Notes under the pieces: generated by a model | What the model was told of the DNA's origin: nothing | Database searches by the model: none | The model's input: the letters and a program-made list of their open reading frames with translations, nothing else | Assembly: GCF_006345805.1 (NCBI RefSeq) | Contig: NW_021824480.1 | Coordinates: 1-18,479 of the forward strand | DNA from: Octopus sinensis | Lineage: Eukaryota | Length of the DNA stretch: 18,479 nucleotides | Direction: 5' to 3' | Position numbers and translations under genes: made by a program | Shown here: piece by piece, positions 12,273-18,479 of the stretch | Position numbering within the stretch: the first letter of the stretch is position 1 | Layout of the letters: every line of letters begins with the position of its first letter

Positions 12273-12414
12273 TTTTTCACCCATGCATACCCAGTCTGGA
12301 GGGTTTTCCATGGCTGAAATGCACTGCCCTGTCCAGGCAAAGCATGAAATCTGGAGGAATTGTATTTTGTCTGTCCTGTTGTACAACAGGGTAGCCATTA
12401 CCCCTAATATGTTA

Positions 12415-13507
12415 ACCATACTGGTACTCATATCAACATTTGGACTTCTTAACTAGATGCTAGATAAGATCTCAATTATTGATGTTGAAGACACCAAATT
12501 GTTAATTATAGAAAAACTGACATAGACTGCTTTTACTTAAAATAAAATTAAAGCTGCAGATGCTTAGAATCAATTTAAACAGCATTTGAATGTCACATCA
12601 TATCCTTCAACAGCTTCTACTGACCACCAGATGTTGAAATTTAGCTATGGATTGTGGCTACATATACGAGGCAGATAACATCATAAGAGTTTGAAAGGAG
12701 CTTTTAAGAAAGTATTCTCTGACCTATGATCAGGGATACACACCCAGAGAAGTCGAAAAACTCTACTTCAACAAATCTTGAGAAGAGAAGCTGTATACAC
12801 ATCACAAAATAAGCCATACACAGCTATGTTCAAAGAAATCTTCAAAGTAACACCAGCACTGATAACCAGAGTTATTAACAACAAGATATTAACTCTTACT
12901 TTAAAGGATACGCTTTTGCAATACTAGAACCAGAAATAACAACTGCTTGAGGAATAAAATTGACAAAAAGGATATAGACCACCCAAATCATTAGAAAAAA
13001 CTTCCATAGAAATGATAATCCTGAGGATACTAATACAAGAAGCTACTGAGATATGGAGAATATAATCCAACAAAATATGAAAGAATACTGATGGAATGTT
13101 CTTATAGACTAACAAAATGTAAACTTAACCGACCAGATTTAATGATCTACACACTTGTAATCAGTCACTCAGTAGTTCATCATCATTATCATCATCATTT
13201 AAACATCTGTTGTCTGTGCTGGCATGAGTTGGATGTTTTGACCAGGACTGGTGAAATGAAGGACAGCACCAGACTCCAGTCGTATTTGCCATTGTTGTTA
13301 ACATAATATTAAAGATGAGTAAAAAAGAACACATCTGAGTTGAATGGATGAGAAATCTGCTTTTAATCGATCCAGAATATGGTTCTATATTTCTATCAAG
13401 GGTTTTGGAAGCACATAAACTCAGAAAGAACACACCTAATCAAAAGATTACAAGTAATCAAGAGCGCTATCAAAATATGTAAAACAATCAAGAAGTTTAC
13501 CAAGTAA
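12415..13507 (+). mobile_element. Decayed RLE-type (R4/Dong-like) non-LTR retrotransposon 3' portion
   Basis: Remnant peptides STFGLLN*MLDKISIIDV (~12433), TAFECHIIS (~12578), SYFKGYAFAILEPEITT (~12894), EY*WNV..KCKLNRPDLMIY (RLE PD motif, ~13083-13150) and terminal KICKTIKKFTK*. Confidence 0.65.
13178..13300. repeat. Short (CAT)n-headed interspersed repeat inserted into the RLE element
   Basis: Similar to ~6280-6400 and interrupts the RLE domain remnant. Confidence 0.6.
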
Positions 13508-13554
13508 TACGTGCACATACATATACGTAAATGTTTATATACATACAGGTAAAG

Positions 13555-15601
13555 ATATTATACATACATAATACATACATACATGATGGCTGCCTCCTCG
13601 TAATCGAGTATGGCCATTGCACGAGGCTTAGTTGTTAATGGTGCTGTGATCAAATGTGACTTTTCAGTCCAGCTAAAGATCTACTATGTCTTGTACAGAA
13701 TTGGTAGCTAAAACCTTTATTGGCAATGCTGGCTGTAGTTGTAATTGGGCTTCATGTACCTTTGCATGTCGTTTTAGTCCTCCCGCCAAATCACACTCCC
13801 TTCCACATGCTTGAAAGATATGATTAGTATGGTGTGTAGCACCACCACCAGTGGCCTGGTAGTCAATCATTGGTCTTGCTTTATGACTACGAAGATGACT
13901 CTTGAGTCCAGCATTACTGAGGCAGGGTCTTTCACAGACAGTGCATTTCAACATCATAAGGAGATCTTTACTGTCTGGCAGTGCCACTGCAATGCTCTTC
14001 CTGACATCCCTCCTCGCTTTCTGATGCCCAACTCAAGATTTCTCAAAAGTAGCTGTCCCCTCATGCACAACTCTTCTCTACCTACTATGGTCAATAGCTA
14101 TGTCCTCCCATGTGTCAGGAGAGATATCCTTTTTTTTTTCATTTATGTGGAGGTTGTTCTCCTTTAGCTAACTCTCCATAAAAGAGTTGTTTTGGCATCC
14201 TTGAATCCTTCATCCTGACCAGATGACCACTCCATCTGAGCCTTCGCTTTAACACAAGAGCTTCTACACTTTCACACCGAGAGCCTTCCAATATTTGAAG
14301 ATCACTGATGCGGTCCTTCCACTTGATGCCATAGATCCGTCTGAAACAAATCTGATGGAAACGTTCCAGTTGTTTAAGGTGGTATCGATAGGTGACCCAC
14401 GTCTCGCAGGCATAGAGAAGAGAAGGGAGCACACATGCCTTGTACAACTTTATTTTTGTCTTTCTGCATATGTCTCGCGACTCCAGAGGCGCTTTTCTAC
14501 CCTTCCGAAAGCAACACTTGCTTTCCTAATTCTATGTGGAATTCATCATCCAAATTGCTATATCTATTAAATGTGCTTCCCAGGTAGACAAACTGATCAA
14601 CTACATCAAGTCGTTTAACATACACATAGATATTGGTACACTATACTGCTTACCAGGGGCAGATTGATGTATGACAACAGTTTTCTTGAGATTGACTGTC
14701 AATCCTAGGCAGTGCAAGCATCAGAGAATGCATTAAAAATGTGTTGCATATCAATCTCTGCGTGTGCTACTAGATCACAATCATCTGCATACAAAAGGTC
14801 TCTCATGATAGAGGTAAATACCTTTGTTCGCGCAAAGTGCCTGATATTAAATATGCTGCCAGAGGTTCGATAATGGATGTAAACACCGTATCTGTAGTTT
14901 CTGAATGCAATACAGAACACCATCGCAAAATATATGGCAAATAGAGTCGGTGCCAGGATATCCCCCTATTTCCATTTTGTATTGCAATGGCCTCCGACAT
15001 TTTCCCTCTAACATTCACCCTACCATTCATGTCTTCATGAAAAGACCTAACCAAAGCAAGGAACTTTTCAGGACACCCAAGTTTCTGGAGGACTTTCCAC
15101 AATGCTTTCTATTGACGGTATCAAAGGCTTTTGTCAGATCTACAAAAAACTGATACAAATCCAGACCCTGTTCCACACTTCTCCTGAAGCTGTCTAGCTG
15201 AAAAGATCATATCAGTAGTGCCACATCCCACACGAAAGCCAGATTGTCTTTCTTGAAGAACACAGTCTGCAACGTATTTCAGCAGACGATCTTTAGTACC
15301 ATGCATAAAACCTTTCCTACGACAGACAGCAATGATACTCCCCTATAATTACCCCAATCATTCCTGTTGCCCTTTCCCTTATACAGGACCACCATTACTG
15401 TATCTCTCCAGTCCTCAGGTACAGATTCACTAGTCATATCTTACCAAACAAAGAGTGAAGTTTCTGCAGAAGTTTCTCACCACCAGACTGTAACAACTCC
15501 GCATGTATGCCATCCATACCCGGAAACTTCCCATTATTCAACACTGAGACAGCCATTGCAACTTCTTCCAACTTTGGTGGTTCTGCGAGTGCTGCCTTTA
15601 T
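13555..15601 (-). mobile_element. RTE-clade LINE, 5'-truncated, decayed, with (ATGT)n tail and C-terminal C2H2 zinc fingers
   Basis: Motifs EPPKLEEV..GKFPGMDGI, PEDWRD, QSGFR..TTDMIFSARQLQEKC, LLYADD (14780-14791), LLYACETW and RLRWSGHLVRM..RMPKQLFYGEL. The 3' end runs into (ATGT)n at 13555-13585. Confidence 0.9.
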
Positions 15602-16056
15602 AACATACAATGGAAGATTTTGGCCAGATGTAAGCCCTATACCAACGGCAGCGGAAGGTGCGGTCTATGCGACATGGAGAGATGGCTTATCTGGAAAAGC
15701 AGCTTAGACCCTACTACATGTCTAAATACAAGGACAGAGCTTTTCGGATCATGCCCACGTGTGACTAAATTTCTGTTAAAGAAAACAGACAGAACATGCT
15801 TTCTATGTTATGTCCCAAGAAGAATTTATATATTTTTATATATTTTTATATATTTTTTATGCATTTTTATATAATTTTTATGACGAAAAATGCGAGCAAA
15901 CAGTGTTATAACAGAGTAATTTCCCTTTATTTAACGGTATTTTTCCTAGCGTTTTCAATAGCCAGATAACCGAAGAGTTGGTGTTGTGGATTTCCACTTC
16001 GGCATCTGAAACTCAGAGTTTTATCTTGACTACCGAGTAATGTAACATATTATTGT
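15599..16056 (+). mobile_element. Penelope-like element 3' fragment (GIY-YIG C-terminus plus pLTR/3' UTR)
   Basis: YNIQWKILARCKPYTNGSGRCGLCDMERWLI..CLNTRTELFGSCPRVTKFLL matches the PLE endonuclease tail pattern W.IL..CxLCxxE..LNxRxE..C(RH)..K. An HHR follows, then (TA)n. Confidence 0.8.
15964..16026 (+). ncRNA. Type I hammerhead ribozyme (HHR-1), core variant CCGAAGA
   Basis: Stem I AGATAA/TTATCT; core CCGAAGA (15970-15976); long stem II GGTGTTG-TGGA/TCCA-CGGCATC; GAAA (16008-16011); near-palindromic stem III ACTC-A-GAGT; GUU cleavage triplet (cut after 16020). Confidence 0.7.

Positions 16057-16120
<64 letters not shown>
16057..16120. repeat. (TA)n microsatellite
   Basis: Direct reading of the sequence. 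Confidence 0.95.
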
Positions 16121-16121
<1 letters not shown>

Positions 16122-16994
16122 GCAATTAAGGACAACTACTTAATAAGGAAAACTTAACAAGAAATTGTCAGGTAGATAGCGTAAAAACCTCATAAGAGAA
16201 AAAATTTCGAAAATAATTATTTCTTATTGAACATATTATTTATATATAGAGGGCATTAACATACATGCCAGAAGGCATTATACATACATGCCAAACGCTA
16301 AGAGGGACAATTAGTCATTTCTACCAAAAATATTACTAATCCCACCGAATGTAATTTTTCAAAGTAAGACATTTAAAAAATATAGACCTGTATCACAGTG
16401 ATTTCATACTTACGTACTCATCAGCAGGCCTGAATGTATTATAAATAAACAACGACCCTGCCCGCTTAAGCCGATCAGCTAACTGCTCAACATCAACGAA
16501 GCACATGGGTGAGTTTACATATATTACATCCGGATAAATGGCAAACTTTTAACGAATTGCATTTCGGGAGAGGAAAAGTTTTTTCGGAATAAAAATTAGC
16601 AATAAGGACAACTACTTAGTAAGGAAAACTTAACAAGAAATACAGGTCTATATTTTTTTAAATTGTCTTACTTTGAAAAATTGCATTCGGTGGGACTTAT
16701 TAGTAATATTTTGGTAGAAATGACTAATTGTCCCTCTTAGCGTTTGGCAGATGTATAATGCCTTCGCATGTATGTATAATGCCCTCTATATATAATTAAT
16801 ATGTTCAATAAGAAATAATTATTTTCGAAATTTTTTCTCTTATGAGGTTTTTACGCTATCTACCTGACAATTTCTTGTTAAGTTTTCCTTATTAAGTAGT
16901 TGTCCTTAATTGCTAAATTTTTATTCCGAAAAAACTTTTCCTCTCCCGAAATGCAATTCGTAAAAGTTTGCCATTTATCCGGATGTGTAATATA
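16121..16994. mobile_element. Non-coding HHR element (PLE pLTR / retrozyme-like): 1.1 tandem units on minus plus an inverted partial copy on plus
   Basis: 16121-16165 recurs at 16598-16641 (period 477). 16640-16914 is the reverse complement of 16121-16393, and 16915-16994 is the reverse complement of ~16520-16597. Flanked by (TA)n on both sides. Confidence 0.85.
16384..16431 (-). ncRNA. Minimal type I hammerhead ribozyme (HHR-2), intact core
   Basis: Minus strand reads AGGCCTG-CTGATGA-GTAC GTAA GTAT-GAAA-TCAC T GTGA-TA^CAGGTCT. It has a 7-bp stem I, a 4-bp stem II with a GUAA loop, a near-palindromic stem III and an AUA triplet. Predicted cut between 16391 and 16390. Confidence 0.9.
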
Positions 16995-17143
16995 AAATTT
17001 ATATATATATATATTATTATATATATATATATATATAGGTATGTATTGTATAGATATGTATGATTATATAATATATATATATATAATTATAATATATATA
17101 TATAATATAATATATATATATATGTATGTATGTGTATATATAT
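16995..17143. repeat. (TA)n / (TATG)n microsatellite
   Basis: Direct reading of the sequence. Confidence 0.9.
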
Positions 17144-17175
17144 GACTTTACACATCGCATCATATATGATGTGCC

Positions 17176-17421
17176 ATACTAATACATACACCACCTAATA
17201 CATACTAATAATACTAATAATACTAATAATACACCAACCTATACATACACACGTCCAGACCTCTCATACGCACTAATACTCTCTATACACACACACACAC
17301 ACACCCTTATACATACTAATACATACTAATACATACACCAACCCTATACATACACACGTCCAGACCTCTCATACGCACTAATACTCTCTCATACACACAC
17401 ACACACACACCACACCCTTAT
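17176..17421. repeat. Compound tandem repeat: (TACTAATAA)n-type short units and two ~105-bp units
   Basis: ACGTCCAGACCTCTCATACGCACTAATACTCTCT occurs at 17251 and 17356. Confidence 0.85.
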
Positions 17422-17712
17422 GTTGGAGCAGGTCATTCAACCTATTATCTCCCCTAATTTCCGCTCTCGCGTCTCATGTTTGATCTTTGACTTCTGGCCG
17501 AAATCAGATCGCCATGTTGATTCGTTAGTTACTGCAAGCATTTTTTTCTCTCTTTTTCTGTGTTTTTTTTCTCTGTGTATCTTTCTGTTGAAGAGCGTAG
17601 GCTCGAAACGTTAAAGACTTGTTTTATTATATTTCCTGAGCGCCATACTAATACAATTGTTTGTTTGTGTTCCACCTGCCTTCGTCTTTTGTCTATTTTC
17701 ATAAGCTTTCCG

Positions 17713-17713
<1 letters not shown>
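17422..17713 (+). mobile_element. Penelope-like pLTR fragment (non-coding) ending in (TA)n
   Basis: Carries a minimal HHR-like fold with pyrimidine-rich flanks, and its 3' end joins directly to (TA)n. Confidence 0.6.
17580..17617 (+). ncRNA. Minimal hammerhead-like ribozyme (HHR-3), variant core CTGTTGAA
   Basis: TCTTT-CTGTTGAA-GAGC GTAG GCTC-GAAA-CG-TT^AAAGA. Stem I TCTTT/AAAGA, stem II GAGC/GCTC, palindromic stem III ACGT, GUU triplet. Confidence 0.7.

Positions 17714-17776
<63 letters not shown>
17714..17776. repeat. (TA)n microsatellite
   Basis: Direct reading of the sequence. Confidence 0.95.
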
Positions 17777-17778
<2 letters not shown>

Positions 17779-17918
17779 AAATAGAAAGATGAATAATCTT
17801 GTAGTAGATTAATCAAAAGTTTAACCGATACCTTAGTAGCAAAAATCACAGCAGTAAACAGCACGGTTGGAGGTACAACCATATGGTGATGCAACCGTGC
17901 GTTGGTGCGGATAAATGT

Positions 17919-17941
17919 TATATATATATATATATATATAT

Positions 17942-17981
<40 letters not shown>

Positions 17982-17991
17982 ATATTATATA

Positions 17992-18050
<59 letters not shown>
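17919..18050. repeat. (TA)n microsatellite
   Basis: Direct reading of the sequence. Confidence 0.95.
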
Positions 18051-18479
18051 CTAAAATTACCATTACATATAAATTTATATATATAAATACATACATTCAT
18101 ACATATACACGTGTAGATACCCACATACGCATATATACTATCTAAAACAAAATGAAAACCTGTTTAAGTCCAAAGGGCAGTACTAGATATTGTTAGTAAT
18201 TTATATAGTTGTGGGGTGTAATTAAATGTGAATTATAAGCTAGTCAATGTTTATTCGTTTAAGTTAGCAGCAGAAAAGTTGTATGTGTGTGTTTGTCTCT
18301 TCCTGTGCGAATGCAAGTGTGTTCTTCGCAAGCGAAAAACAAACACACTTAAATATTTAACTTTCATGTCTTTTTTTTATAGGATTAAGGGAAATAACTC
18401 TAAAATATATTGTAGTTATCTCCCGTGATTATTTAATTAAGAGAATACACATATTTCTCGATGTTTTCTGTTTTACTTT

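Noticed and set aside
15599-15800. Selenocysteine (in-frame UGA at Cys positions) as reported for some PLEs
   Set aside because: The Cys codons here are ordinary TGT/TGC.
17505-17525. GATCGCCATGTTGATTCG resembling vertebrate 7SK RNA
   Set aside because: Short match only, with no 7SK 5' end or stem partner. It also fits a YY1-like CGCCATNTT motif within a repeat.
551-18428. Numerous short ORFs in the track (antisense to LINE ORFs, or YIYI and MMM low-complexity)
   Set aside because: They are shadow frames of retroelement ORFs or microsatellite translations, with no independent coding evidence.

Overview
Eukaryotic, repeat-dense window with no convincing host gene. The SINE and repeat families resemble those of Octopus/cephalopods; this is recognition from memory, not a database search. 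From left to right it contains: the end of an LTR-like insertion (1-507) interrupting a near full-length, mildly decayed Tx1-clade LINE (508-~5550, minus); a Gypsy-type solo LTR (5580-6035); an RTE fragment; a tRNA-derived SINE; a second, more decayed and internally deleted Tx1 copy (8376-~12272); a decayed R4/Dong-like RLE LINE (plus); and a 5'-truncated RTE LINE with three C-terminal C2H2 fingers (minus). The most interesting part is 15.6-17.7 kb, where three unrelated hammerhead-ribozyme (HHR) modules sit among (TA)n tracts. The first is a Penelope-like GIY-YIG 3' end with an HHR. The second is a non-coding ~477-nt circularly permuted HHR unit fused head-to-head to an inverted copy that starts within 1-3 nt of the predicted self-cleavage site. 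The third is a pLTR-like module with a variant-core HHR. Element boundaries were read by eye and are approximate unless a motif is quoted.
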